A DNA stretch of 64,000 nt, taken from NCBI GenBank assembly GCA_958009085.1, contig OY253672.1, positions 868,001 through 932,000 on the forward strand, given 5' to 3'. Of the stretch, positions 27,501 through 37,619 are shown one piece after another (within the stretch, counting starts at the first letter, position 1; each line of letters begins with the position of its first letter). The DNA is from Protoeuglena noctilucae. Lineage: Eukaryota. The notes under the pieces are model-generated. The model saw only the letters and a program-made list of their open reading frames with translations. It made no database searches and was not told where the DNA came from. The position numbers were made by a program, and so were the translations under genes.

Positions 27501-27777
27501 GGGAAATCGGATGCTGCTCCGGTGTGCCCTCCACGCTCGCGCGCTGCGGCCAGGCGTCCGCTTGCATGCACGGATTGCTCTTGACGACCGCAGAAATGGG
27601 CACGGATGTCGAGATCAACGAAGGACCCAGATCGCAGCGCAGGACGGCTGGTCGTGCACGCGCAAGCCCCAACTCACCCGTGGGCAGGAACGCCACGATG
27701 TTTCCATGGCGCGCCCTCTCGAATATTTCCAACTGGTACTCGCGGGGCACTTCATAGGCGTCATCTCGCCCCGTCAT
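18530..27777 (-). CDS. DCL: Dicer-like RNase III (DExH helicase, DUF283, degenerate PAZ, two RNase III domains), multi-exon
   Basis: Helicase: PREYQLEIF..NIVAFLPTGSGKT, LLIVDEAHH, IFGMTAS, LVATSVAEEGLDI..SYLQRRGRAR. DUF283: YCESLPRD..GELNESLLP. RNase IIIa: ERLEFLGD..ADTFEA. RNase IIIb: QRLEFLGD..ADVVEALLGA. Confidence 0.93.
24192..24247 (+). repeat. (TGAGGG)n microsatellite in a Dicer intron
   Basis: About 9 imperfect hexamer units next to the acceptor at 24181-24183. Confidence 0.85.
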
Positions 27778-27872
27778 GCTTGCTGCAGGCCATGGAAGCC
27801 ACAAAACATTGCAGAGCCGTGCTGGCGGGGCCCGGGGACGAGGAAACTCACAATCCACCCCAGATGCAATAG

Positions 27873-30800
27873 TTTTTTTTTTTTTTTGCCAATGAGGATT
27901 CAAAGAGATGACGGCTAGGGTACCCTCAAAACCCTACCCGCTAGAAAACCCGAGTAGAGAGAAGGAGAAGGGGAGGAGAAGGAGAAGAGAGGTGATGGCA
28001 CAAAGGTCAGTAGTAGCCGCCAAGCTAGCATACTCGGAGAACAGACACCCCCCCCCCCCTAGCCCCCCTATCCCGGCTCCAATGGAACACGGCGATTCGG
28101 TGGCGGCTGCGGGGGAGGCAGAGGTGGGAAAGAAGAGAAGAGGTTTTGAGTGACAGAAATGGCCTTGAAGAAGACCCCATGGGGGAGGGAGGGATCGTGG
28201 AGGAGTTGGAGCATAGAGGCCGCAGCTGGAGAGGAGAGGCGGTGGTGGCAGGCCATGGCAGACGAGATCCTGTGGCTGGCGTAGGAGACGATGCGAGCGG
28301 CCCTTGTCCACGCTGGAGCATCGGGAAGGTCAAGGAGTAGCATGGGGGGTGCACCTGGGAGTGGATGGCCCGTGCGCCAGTAGCGGCGCGCGGTGATGAT
28401 GGCGTGGAGAGTCTCAGACCACAGGAGACGCCAAGCGGGGGACCTGAGAAGGTCGGAGCTGGCATGGGTAGCGCCAAACCGGAAGAGGAGCGCGGTGGGA
28501 GTGCCACGGTCAGGGCAGAGGCCGGACGGCCCCACGGGGGGATGAGCAAGGCAGCGGTTGAGGTACTGCCAGGAAAGAGGAGGCAGGGATTGGAAGACGG
28601 AGTGCCACACGACCTGGGCCGTGCGACAGGACTCAGCCAGGTCGTGGAGGGACGTGCCGTGGCGTTCGAGGCAGAGGGGGCAGGGCTTGCCCTGGAGGTC
28701 AGAATAGGTAGGCAACCGGTCGGTGACAGCGAGCCAGGCCATGGAGGCGGTGGCCAGGTGAGCGGGGTTAGCCTGAGGGCGTGCCAGAGCGGCAGTCGCA
28801 GCATGTGCCAGGTGGGGAGAGCTGTCCTCCAACAAACGCTGGCAGGGTTTGTCCGTCGAGTATTTCGCGACCACGAAGGCCCTGTGATGGGCCTGGGGAG
28901 TGATGGATGCCAGGGGATGGTATGTGGGGCCAAGGGAGTGGCCATGCATGGAGAAGTATTGGGACCAACCCTGGGCCCTAAAACCAGAGATGCGGTGGAT
29001 GAAGTCGTGAGGGAAGACAGACAGGACTGTGGGTCCACGGACGTCATTCCAGGCGTTGGCGGGGAGCCCAGGGTGGCCAGGGCTGTTGATGCTGAGGTGG
29101 GCGGAGAGGGCAGAAACGAAGTCAAGACGGATCTGCCTAGCCATATAGGAGCCCAGGGCAGGGACCATGAGGGTCGTCAGTACATCGTCAGGGTCTTTGA
29201 GGCCCAGACGGCCGTTGTGGGCACGAGGGATGATGAGCGACGAGACCAGCGGGAAGGCCCGCTGGAGGGGTTCGAGGATAGGGATGATGGCGGCCCAGAT
29301 TTGTCTGGCCGTGGCATCAAGGAGCAGCCTTTGGTGGGAGGGGTCAGTGGAGCGGCTGTGCACGAAGTTGGCGGGGAAGGAGAGAGGGTTGTGTGGGTTG
29401 AAGAGAAGTGGGGCACGGAGCATTGGAGTCAGGTGGACCCACAGGTCATTCAGGGTGGGTGGGCTGGCGTATGGCTGTGGTGGAGGGAGCAGCTGAGTGG
29501 CGGGGAACATCGAGGTGGCACTGAAAAGGTCACGAATGAGGGGGGTGGGCGTGAGCTCCGCCCAGTCTTTGGCTGTCAGAGCACAAATGTGGGGCCCCAC
29601 CGGGATGGACAGCGTCGTCTCATAGCGCTGTCCGTCACATTTGACCGTCGCTTTGTACTTGAGGGACCTGACGAGGTGTTGGTGGATGGCATTGGAGAAG
29701 AGGGGGTCTGCGCCCGACGCATGGAGCTGGATCATCTTGAAGCGGAGGGCCGCTTGGTGAAAGGGCACGTGCTGGGCCTGAAGGCCGCCCCGGCTGACGG
29801 GGTGGTACAGCTCGTTCCTGTCAATCTCAGGCGGAATCCGTTGTGTCTTGGGGGATTCCGTGAGCACGTAGCGCTGGATGTAGCGTAGGAGCAAGGCACC
29901 CGGCTTCCCTGGCGAGAAGTCCATGGGGCAGTGCGTGGTCGCATAGATGAGGCGTGACAGCACGAACGTTTTGACAATCTTCCACCGATGGAGCAGTGGG
30001 ATATTGTGTGGTCTGAGGCGAAGGAGCTGTGTATAGATGCTTGCCACGAAGGAGGAGTAGTCGGTTGGGACGATCCCAGTGGGTCCCATGAGCGTGCCCA
30101 GGTATTTCACTGGCGCTGCAGGTTCTCCCCCAGGCGGGGTAATCCAGTAGCCATCGAGCATCCAGCGCTGCTGGGCATGGTCATAGACTAGCGAGTCGAG
30201 GCCGTGGGCCTGGGCAGCAGTGAGGTGCTGGTGGAGCGCTGCTGGGTCCGTGTTCCACTTTCCAGCAGGAATGATGCCCGTCTTGGCGGGATTAGAGCGC
30301 AAACCAGTGGCCTGGTGGAAAGTATCCAAGGCCTGGAATAAGTTGTGCATGGATTGCACCGTGGCCTGCACGAACTCGGTGTCGTCTGCAAATTGGCTGA
30401 TGAGGCTCTCCTGGGCGAGCCGCTTATCGGTGCGGAAAGCGTAGAGGGGGGGCTTGTTCGGTCCCGGTACCGGGAGGCCCTTGATGTCGGGGTTGGAGGC
30501 GACCAACTCATGGAGCGCGAGCGCCACAAGGATGAAGAGGGAGGGGGCGAGCGGGCAGCCCTGGCGGACGCCTGTGGAGACATTGTAACCACGGCTGAGG
30601 CCGCGACCCAGCTTGAGCTGGTAGGTGGCTGAGGGGGTGTGCATGATGTCGAACCAGGTGCAGAACGTTTCCCCAAAACGCAGGGTCTCGAGGATGCGTC
30701 TGAGGAAGGGCCGGTCGACCGTGTCAAAGGCCTTGGCGAAGTCATTGAAGATGATGAAGCAGCCCTCGTCTGACTGGTCGAGGAGTTCCAGGGTGGCGCA

Positions 30801-33335
30801 GGTAAGGTACACGCATCGTGAGATGCATCGGCCCTTGATGAAGGCCTGCTGGCTGAGGGGGATGATGCGTTGGAGGACGGGGCGTAGCCGGGAGTTGAGG
30901 ACCTTAGCGAGGACGCGGTAGACCACGTCATTGACTGAGATGGGCCGGAAGTCCGAGGGCTTGCAGTCCGTGGCTTTGGGGAGCTTAGGAATGAGGGTAA
31001 CGGTGCTGTTGAGGAAGCAGGCAGGCATGAAACCCGTCTGATGGATGGTGTTGAGGAGGAGAGTGAGGAGAGGAGCGTAGAGGTGGGCGTAGCGTTGGTA
31101 CAGGCCAGGCGGCAGGCCCATGGGCACCGTGGCGCTGTCAGGCTTGAAAGAGTGGATGGCCGCGAGGACCTCTTCTGTAGTGATGGTGGCATCAATGCTC
31201 TGCTGCTCCTGGTCAGTGAGCGTGCGCCCAGAGTTCTGGAGGACCTCCAGCACGTGGTGCTGAGCAGCTGGATTGCGGGGTCCGGGGCGCCCCACTGTCT
31301 CAAAGTGGTCCACAAGGGTATCCTCGACCAGGGCCGGTTCGGAGAGGAGCTGGCCGTCAGCGTCTCTGACGCTGGTGACTGGCGGGGAGGGCTTATCTCT
31401 GTCAGGCTGGAGGGCATGGGGGAGGGCCGAGGCTGGCACATCAAAGGACCGGGTTTTGTTCTGCCGGTCGAGGTTTGCGAGGGCATGTTGGTAGTAGTCG
31501 AGGATTTGGGACCAGAACGAAGTGGCGTCTTCGCCGTCACGCACTGCTGCAAAGTACTGCTCCCGCAGAAGCCGCAGCTGCTGCTTCCGCTGGTTGATGT
31601 ACTGGGACTGGTGTGCGTACCAGTGTCGGGCAATCTCCTGGATGGCATTGGCTGTCTGCTGAACCCAGCGCTTGGCGGTGCCGGGGGGAGCGGTGGGCCC
31701 GGGGTGGGCCAGGATGGCAGTGGACACAGCAGCCTCCTGCAGAGGCTCGACCTGCTGGCGGATCTCGTCCACAAGGAAGGACGCGTGCGGGTGGATGTTG
31801 GCGGGGTGCCGACGAGAGGTCCGGGGAGTGTCACGCAGGAAAATGTACACGGGCGCATGGTCAGAGAGGGCGATGTTGGCAGGGTGGACGCGAGCGGTGG
31901 CATCAGAGCATTCCGTGCGGAGGGCAACGGGCTGGTCCCGAGGGACGTAGAAACGGTCAAGTCGGTTCTTCCATGACTTGTCATGGGCCATGTCCCGGCG
32001 CGTGGGGACTGCAAATGGCTTGTTGTGGTCCTGCTCCCCGGCATCAATGAGGCCCAGGACGTCGATTTGGGCTTGCAGCTTCTTTCGCAGGGTGGTCTGC
32101 ACCTCAGAGGTGGACTGGTGGTTCGAGGATGAGGCTGCCATGTCGGCTGCGAGGACCATGTTCCAGTCCCCACCCATGAGGACCAGGCCGAGTTCGTGGG
32201 ATGCGAGGCAGTCAGGGAGGAGGGTGGAAAGGACGTAGTCTTTGTCAGCGGCGTCTTGGGGCATGTACACGTTGACGAGGGTGTAGTGACGGCTGGCCAC
32301 TTCGACATCAAGCCGGGCCACGAAGCCAGTGAGGCGGGCAGTGTCAGGTTCGGTCCAGGTGTGGAGGAGGTGGGAGCCAGGCTGGTTGCAAACGAGGATG
32401 GCCACCCCAGCCCGATGGGCTGAGGGCCCCTTGCGCCACACGTGGTGGCTGAGGCGCGCGAGGGACGCAAATGCGGCAGGGGGCTGATCCAGCTCAGTCT
32501 TGAGCTCTTGAAGGAAGACAAAGGCAGCGGGGGGAGCCAGCCATGTGTGGGGGTGTGCCTGGATGAGGCCAAGCAGCGCCTCCTGTTTCATGAGAAAGTT
32601 ACCATTGAGGTTGAGAGTGAGGGCAGTGAGGTTGGCCAGGCCTGGAGAGTGAGGCGGAATCGCCGGAGCCGGCCTTGCGGCCTGAGGTCGTGAGACGTTG
32701 GCCAGCGGTCGTTTAGACCGATTGGGGGCAGGTGCTACGAGCTGCGGCTGAGCTGGAGAGAACCCGGCCTGGAAGGGTTGGCCCTGGTCGCAAGCCCCCA
32801 CGGGTGCGGATGTATCGGAGGAAGGGGCCTGAATACGCAGGCGCTTTGCTGTGCTACGTGTTGTCGCCATTTTTGTACTGCAAGAGGACTGATTCGGCGA
32901 AAGATAGCGGCGCCGTCCGGAGAGAGATAAGGAGAAGAGGCGTTTGTTGTTCGGAAAGCCAGCAGGAGAGCCGAGATAGAGTAGCTAACAACGGAGAGTC
33001 GACGGCAAGAGTTGGAGGTCACAACGAGCAAAGCACTTGCTACCGCGGTGATGTCGTTAGGAGAGGAGCACATCGCTTGAAAAAGACGGGTTGGATTTGC
33101 TGCCGCGGGGAGCAGAGGGGGCGATGACGGCAGAGCGTTGTGGTTGGCCTCAGACGCCGGAGTAGAGGGCCAGACAGGCCAGGAGAGGGGCCCAGAGGCC
33201 AAATTGTATTCGAAAAGCGCAACGAGGCGCGGTGTAGTCAAAAGGCGGGTCCCCGGGGGGTCCCCGGGGGTGGGGAGGGGTACGCGCACGCGAGCCCTCC
33301 CCCCCGCCGCCAGGCCGGACGGCACTACCACGCTC
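27873..33335 (-). mobile_element. L1-clade non-LTR retrotransposon (LINE) with intact APE-RT ORF and poly(A) tail
   Basis: Intronless 1600-aa ORF, about 180 nt of 3' UTR, then A15 (T15 at 27873-27887 on the + strand). The 5' boundary is approximate and no TSD was found. Confidence 0.9.
28068..32870 (-). CDS. LINE ORF2-type polyprotein: AP endonuclease + reverse transcriptase + C-terminal Cys/His motif
   Basis: APE: TLNLNG, FLQE, VNVYMP, GGDWN, RLDRFY, SDH. RT: FRPIS, DFAKAFD, GVRQGCPLAP, QFADD, KYLG. C-terminal CPLC..H....C. Confidence 0.95.
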   Translation of the reverse strand: MATTRSTAKRLRIQAPSSDTSAPVGACDQGQPFQAGFSPAQPQLVAPAPNRSKRPLANVSRPQAARPAPAIPPHSPGLANLTALTLNLNGNFLMKQEALLGLIQAHPHTWLAPPAAFVFLQELKTELDQPPAAFASLARLSHHVWRKGPSAHRAGVAILVCNQPGSHLLHTWTEPDTARLTGFVARLDVEVASRHYTLVNVYMPQDAADKDYVLSTLLPDCLASHELGLVLMGGDWNMVLAADMAASSSNHQSTSEVQTTLRKKLQAQIDVLGLIDAGEQDHNKPFAVPTRRDMAHDKSWKNRLDRFYVPRDQPVALRTECSDATARVHPANIALSDHAPVYIFLRDTPRTSRRHPANIHPHASFLVDEIRQQVEPLQEAAVSTAILAHPGPTAPPGTAKRWVQQTANAIQEIARHWYAHQSQYINQRKQQLRLLREQYFAAVRDGEDATSFWSQILDYYQHALANLDRQNKTRSFDVPASALPHALQPDRDKPSPPVTSVRDADGQLLSEPALVEDTLVDHFETVGRPGPRNPAAQHHVLEVLQNSGRTLTDQEQQSIDATITTEEVLAAIHSFKPDSATVPMGLPPGLYQRYAHLYAPLLTLLLNTIHQTGFMPACFLNSTVTLIPKLPKATDCKPSDFRPISVNDVVYRVLAKVLNSRLRPVLQRIIPLSQQAFIKGRCISRCVYLTCATLELLDQSDEGCFIIFNDFAKAFDTVDRPFLRRILETLRFGETFCTWFDIMHTPSATYQLKLGRGLSRGYNVSTGVRQGCPLAPSLFILVALALHELVASNPDIKGLPVPGPNKPPLYAFRTDKRLAQESLISQFADDTEFVQATVQSMHNLFQALDTFHQATGLRSNPAKTGIIPAGKWNTDPAALHQHLTAAQAHGLDSLVYDHAQQRWMLDGYWITPPGGEPAAPVKYLGTLMGPTGIVPTDYSSFVASIYTQLLRLRPHNIPLLHRWKIVKTFVLSRLIYATTHCPMDFSPGKPGALLLRYIQRYVLTESPKTQRIPPEIDRNELYHPVSRGGLQAQHVPFHQAALRFKMIQLHASGADPLFSNAIHQHLVRSLKYKATVKCDGQRYETTLSIPVGPHICALTAKDWAELTPTPLIRDLFSATSMFPATQLLPPPQPYASPPTLNDLWVHLTPMLRAPLLFNPHNPLSFPANFVHSRSTDPSHQRLLLDATARQIWAAIIPILEPLQRAFPLVSSLIIPRAHNGRLGLKDPDDVLTTLMVPALGSYMARQIRLDFVSALSAHLSINSPGHPGLPANAWNDVRGPTVLSVFPHDFIHRISGFRAQGWSQYFSMHGHSLGPTYHPLASITPQAHHRAFVVAKYSTDKPCQRLLEDSSPHLAHAATAALARPQANPAHLATASMAWLAVTDRLPTYSDLQGKPCPLCLERHGTSLHDLAESCRTAQVVWHSVFQSLPPLSWQYLNRCLAHPPVGPSGLCPDRGTPTALLFRFGATHASSDLLRSPAWRLLWSETLHAIITARRYWRTGHPLPGAPPMLLLDLPDAPAWTRAARIVSYASHRISSAMACHHRLSSPAAASMLQLLHDPSLPHGVFFKAISVTQNLFSSFPPLPPPQPPPNRRVPLEPG

Positions 33336-33884
33336 TTAAAGAGCATGGTTGTGGCCCGCCGGCCTGGTTGGAAGGCCGCGGCTTGCTCACCTGCCGCACT
33401 CGCCACCGCGCATGCACGTAGCTATGCGGCCAGCGTTCCCAAATTCGCCTTCTCCTCTACCTGCAGGACTCGAGACCAATCTCGACATCAACTGTGTTCT
33501 TACTGTGTTCTTCGTCAAGTCAATGCTCTCCGCACCGTGACACGCGATGGCAACTCTTCAGCTCGGTAGGTCAAGAGCACCGAGTGCCAGCGGCACGCAG
33601 ATTTCTGTTGCCTGTAGACCATTGATGTTTCTCCGCGCATCCATCCTGGGCATTTCCACATCTTCAGGCCTCGGATAGTGGCAGGTAAGGCCTTGGCGTG
33701 GTGTCCGTGGCAGGTGCAGCTGGGGCCTCCCTCGGCAGGTGGGTCCCTGCCCCCGATAATGGCCGCGACAACCCCGGCGGCCTGCGAATGTGCATCCACC
33801 CGTCCATCCAAGGTCACAAACCATGTCAGGCACGCCTCCCTGTGACGCATCCGCAGGGCAGCAAGGACATCACCAACCGCCACC

Positions 33885-34784
33885 ATGCGGTCGCTCGCGC
33901 GCCTCAGCCCGATGGCCGTTCGGGCCCCCTGCCAGTCAGCGCAGCAGCGTTTCGGCTCCTCCCTCTCGGTGGCGACGCGGGCGGCGAGTCCGGGCCACGG
34001 TGAGACGACGGGCACTGCAGCACAAAATCATTTCTCACATGGCGCGGCGTCGAAACCCAGCACGCGTTCCCCATGGCGCAGGCGACGGGGGCTCCTCGGA
34101 GAGCGGCTCATTGGAGAGCAGCCAGGAGGGCAAGGCGATGCGCCGCCAGGAGCGCAGCACGCCCCGTCGCCTCGGCCTGCAGAGCCCCGAGGACCTCTTT
34201 CAGCGCGAGCTGGACACAATCCGGTCGGTGCTGGACCTGTGGTCGCGGGGCCCGAGCCCCACGGGTCTGCTGCGGCCATTCGACATCGTCCGCGACCTGG
34301 CGGGCGAGACGGAGCCGTTTGGCGACCTTGGCTCGCTGGCCATGAACATCGCGGAGGACGAGGAGGCGTTCACGGTCACCGCGGATGTGCCCGGGCTCGA
34401 GCGCAAGGACGTCCACGTCCAGCTCCACCCGGACGGCACGCTCGAGCTGTGGGGGGAGCGGCGCACCGAGACCAAGAGAGAGAGTGCCCGCATGCACGTG
34501 CAGGAGAGGCACTTTGGCCGATTCAGGCGAGCCGCGTGGAGGGTATTGCCGCCAGCTGGGCCTGGCACGCGTGGTTTTACCGTGACGTGCTGCGGGGTGA
34601 GTTGATGGGCCTCGTCACCCGCCGTCTCCGCAGCCGGGAAGTGATGCTGCCCAAGGACCGCATCCAGGGCGACAAGATCAAGGCGTTTATGCGCAACGGC
34701 GTACTCACGTTGACGGTGCCCAAGGTCCCTGGGGAGGCGCACCAAGCGCAGGCGAAGGACATCCCCATTGAGGTCGGGGAGTGA
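33885..34784 (+). CDS. HSP20: Small heat-shock protein (HSP20/alpha-crystallin), probably organelle-targeted; 3 exons
   Basis: FTVTADVPGLERKDVHV, ERHFGRFSREVMLP, IKAFMRNGVLTLTVPK and C-terminal IPI. Exon 1 is transit-peptide-like. Confidence 0.92.
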   Translation: MRSLARLSPMAVRAPCQSAQQRFGSSLSVATRAASPGHGETTGTAAQNHFSHGAASKPSTRSPWRRRRGLLGERLIGEQPGGQGDAPPGAQHAPSPRPAEPRGPLSARAGHNPVGAGPVVAGPEPHGSAAAIRHRPRPGGRDGAVWRPWLAGHEHRGGRGGVHGHRGCARARAQGRPRPAPPGRHARAVGGAAHRDQERECPHARAGEALWPIQASRVEGIAASWAWHAWFYRDVLRGELMGLVTRRLRSREVMLPKDRIQGDKIKAFMRNGVLTLTVPKVPGEAHQAQAKDIPIEVGE

Positions 34785-34819
34785 GCAAGACCTGGCAGGT
34801 CTGATGAGCATGTATCGAT

Positions 34820-34903
34820 AGACATAGAGATGAATTGAATCGTATGTCGCGCCAATCATCGATGAGACATAGAGATGAATTGAATTGTATGCTGTGCCAA
34901 TCA
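34820..34903. repeat. Imperfect tandem duplication, 45-bp period
   Basis: AGACATAGAGATGAATTGAAT(C/T)GTATG....GCCAATCA at 34820 and 34865. Confidence 0.85.
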
Positions 34904-34936
34904 CAAGTCACGGAAGAATCTGTACGGTGTCGCAAA

Positions 34937-35889
34937 TCACGGTGCGTGCGGCCCCCGTGCCATGATAGCACCGGCAGTGGCGGCACAAAGCTGGGCAACC
35001 CAAATGGCTACCCGGCGGGGTAACTTCTCGTCGTCGCGTTCGGGGATTCCATAGGCATCTTGGTCTCGCTCCACCCTTGCCTTGTAGCTCACCCGCGCCG
35101 CCTCCATGGTCGCAGGCCACACGGCAAAAGAGCTCCGCAGCTCGACTGGCACGCCGCGACCGAAGACGAACGACGACGCCATCCTGAAGAAGCTCTCACG
35201 TGCGTCGGTAAAGCTGGCGTGCAAGGTCTCCAGGTCCTGCATCACATGGACAGGGGGGCAACACCACATCGCCGATGTCCGCAAAATGACTGCGAATATG
35301 ACGCCCAACCTTTTGGGCGCAATTGGCGCCTTCGGATGGCGCCCCGCTTTCCGCACCTGGGCACCCACATAAGCCCGCAGCCACTGCCCGGCCAGCCACA
35401 GCCCGAGGCTGCTCAGGGCCACCGAGGCTTCCTTGTTGTGCTCCTCGCTGCCGAGCAGATTTCGGTGCGGAAGCAGCTTCTCCAGGGCGAGGAGGAGGCA
35501 GGTGCGGGCGTGGGGGTGGTCGTGGAACACCTCCCAGAGCAGGTCCATATCCAGCCCCCTCAGATAAAGCATGAAGCAAAAGAATATGTCGCCCTCGTTT
35601 ACATGGATGCGCTGGTGGTCGCCTGCGGGACGGGGGGGAGCGGCTTCGGGTCCGTCCCTGGGGTACACCGGAGGACCGGCCCCGACGAGGCCGACCGGCG
35701 CGCGGACGCCCCCCGCTCTGCGCTCTTTCCACTTATCGCGGTATGTCGTGCCCGGGATGCCAAGCAGCCTGCCCGGCGCTGCGGGCCCGCGAGCCCGGCG
35801 CCCAAGTTTGCGGGCTCTGAAGGTGTTGCGGGCTCCTCACCGGGCTGATGGCCCTCGCCCTGCCCAATCATCTCCGCGTGATCCTTCAT
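34937..35889 (-). CDS. Hypothetical protein (helical), multi-exon
   Basis: Protein-like segments GDIFFCFMLYLRGLDMDLLWEVF..LLLALEKLLP and DLETLHASF..WVAQL, separated by a GT-AG intron. No family recognised. Confidence 0.55.
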
Positions 35890-37619
35890 GATTCGTCCAT
35901 GCAGCGAGAGACTGCGACAGAAGGCGAATCACGGGGGTCGTGCCGAGGCGGGGACCGAATGCCCTGTCCGCAGAGATGCACTCCCCGCAGCCGGCGTTTT
36001 GGACTATGACACGGCGGCGGTCGCGACGGGCGCACAGGGCGCGCGAGGACGCGGGGAGCCAAGGCCAGGGCAAAACTGACCCGTAAGTTGCAGAGCTCGG
36101 CACGGCTTGGAAATATGCGGCAATCAATGAGAAGCGCGCACGGTCTGGCCTCCGAAAGCGTCGCGTTGCAACGCCTGAAACTCAATCCGCCTGGCATCTG
36201 CTGGCCTGCGGGTGCGAGCAACGAGCTACGGCGTCGCGTCTCTGCTGCCGAGCTACACGCGCACGCAGCTCCGGTCCGTCGGAAGCGAGCCCTCACGGCT
36301 CGCCTGAGCATTACGGCCGCGGCGCATGCCGGCAGGGTCCAGCGGGCCTGCTTCGCGCCGGCACAGCTGCTGGACGCGCCGTGCGATTGTATGTTTCAGA
36401 ACGCTCCCCGGGGAGAGGTGGCGACGCCTCCCCGCGGCTCAATACGCTCGGTGCGGCCGCGACAGCGGCGTAGGGCTGGGGCGCCATGATGTGGAGGCTA
36501 TGGCTTTCGCTTCTCAGCGATCTCGCGCACTGGCGACGTGATGGTCGACAGGAACCGGCTGGCAGGCTTTGATGTGGAAAAGCTGTGCCAAGGGTGGGGC
36601 CGTGCCTGGGTCACGAACCAGGGGTTTAGGGACCACGATCGCTGGAAAGCTGCAGGGCTTCGCTGGGTGTGCGCGACGCTAGTGGCGTTCTAGACTAGCA
36701 GGCAAATCGCAAGAATCGAATCCGGAGCGCATGTGCCGTGCGCTGAGCATGGGTCAGCACGTCTGACATAATCAGAAACTGGGCGGACCAGCGGTCCGTC
36801 CGTGTTGGGGGGTGCAACTCCTCCCGCCGAGGCATCTTCAGCGGCCGTTCTCCGCGTCCATGTAGCGCTTCGAGTGTGCTGGACCGCTCGTGCTCTGCGG
36901 CACCTGTGCGTGGCCTGGCAGCCCGAGCAGTCGGGGACCGCGGACTGCGCAAGTGCGAGCTGGCGCAGGCGGACGGTTTGCACGTGCCAGGGCGTCGTGT
37001 GGGCGGGGAGAGAGGCGCCGCCGTCCGTGCTTCGCAGGTGGTGGTTTGAAGTACCTCCGGGTTGGGCGGGGTCTGTGAGCTGTCGTCGGGGCTGCAGGGG
37101 TGAGATGTTCATCGTGTCATTTGCGCTTCGGCGCCGCAAACGCGCGCGAGGGCGCGGTCGGAGGCCATTGTGCTATCGGAGCACGGTGGGGTCGCACCGG
37201 CTGCCCGCGCGCGCCGGTCCTGAGCGCCTAGTTGCGCGACGATGTTGCAAGGGGTGCCCCGGAGCGCCCGTGGGGCGGCCCTCCGACGAGGGCCACCTCG
37301 TCCCTGCGTCTCCGCGCGCCCCCCGGGCCCCTTGCGGTTGCATCGTCCCATTGCCGAGATTTCTACGTCGTTCGTGGCCCCTAGAGTGCGCCGCAGCTGT
37401 CGCCCCGCAAGCACGGGGGACGTGCCGCGTGATGTATCTCCGAGCACGCCCTCGCCACTCCGCCGCGCACCCGGCGCCCGCAAGAGCGGCGTTTGGGAGC
37501 TGCTTGGGTCCCGCGCGGCCGGGGCGGCAGCGCCCGGGGCCGCCACGTCGAGCGAGATTCCTTGCGCTCTCCGCAGGCGCCCCGTGCTGGCCAGCGGCCC
37601 GCGCTGGAGTCACTCGTGC

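Noticed and set aside
28365..29888. 507-aa ORF antisense to LINE ORF2
   Set aside because: Shadow frame of a GC-rich coding strand, with no recognisable motifs.
33200..33345. HDV-like ribozyme at the LINE 5' end
   Set aside because: Hairpins are present, but I could not build the nested double pseudoknot by eye.
32735..33406. 223-aa ORF as LINE ORF1
   Set aside because: Non-ATG first codon, no zinc-knuckle/RRM/coiled-coil signature, and it overlaps ORF2 out of frame.
36620..36632. Single TTTAGGG telomere/telo-box-like motif
   Set aside because: One copy only, expected by chance.
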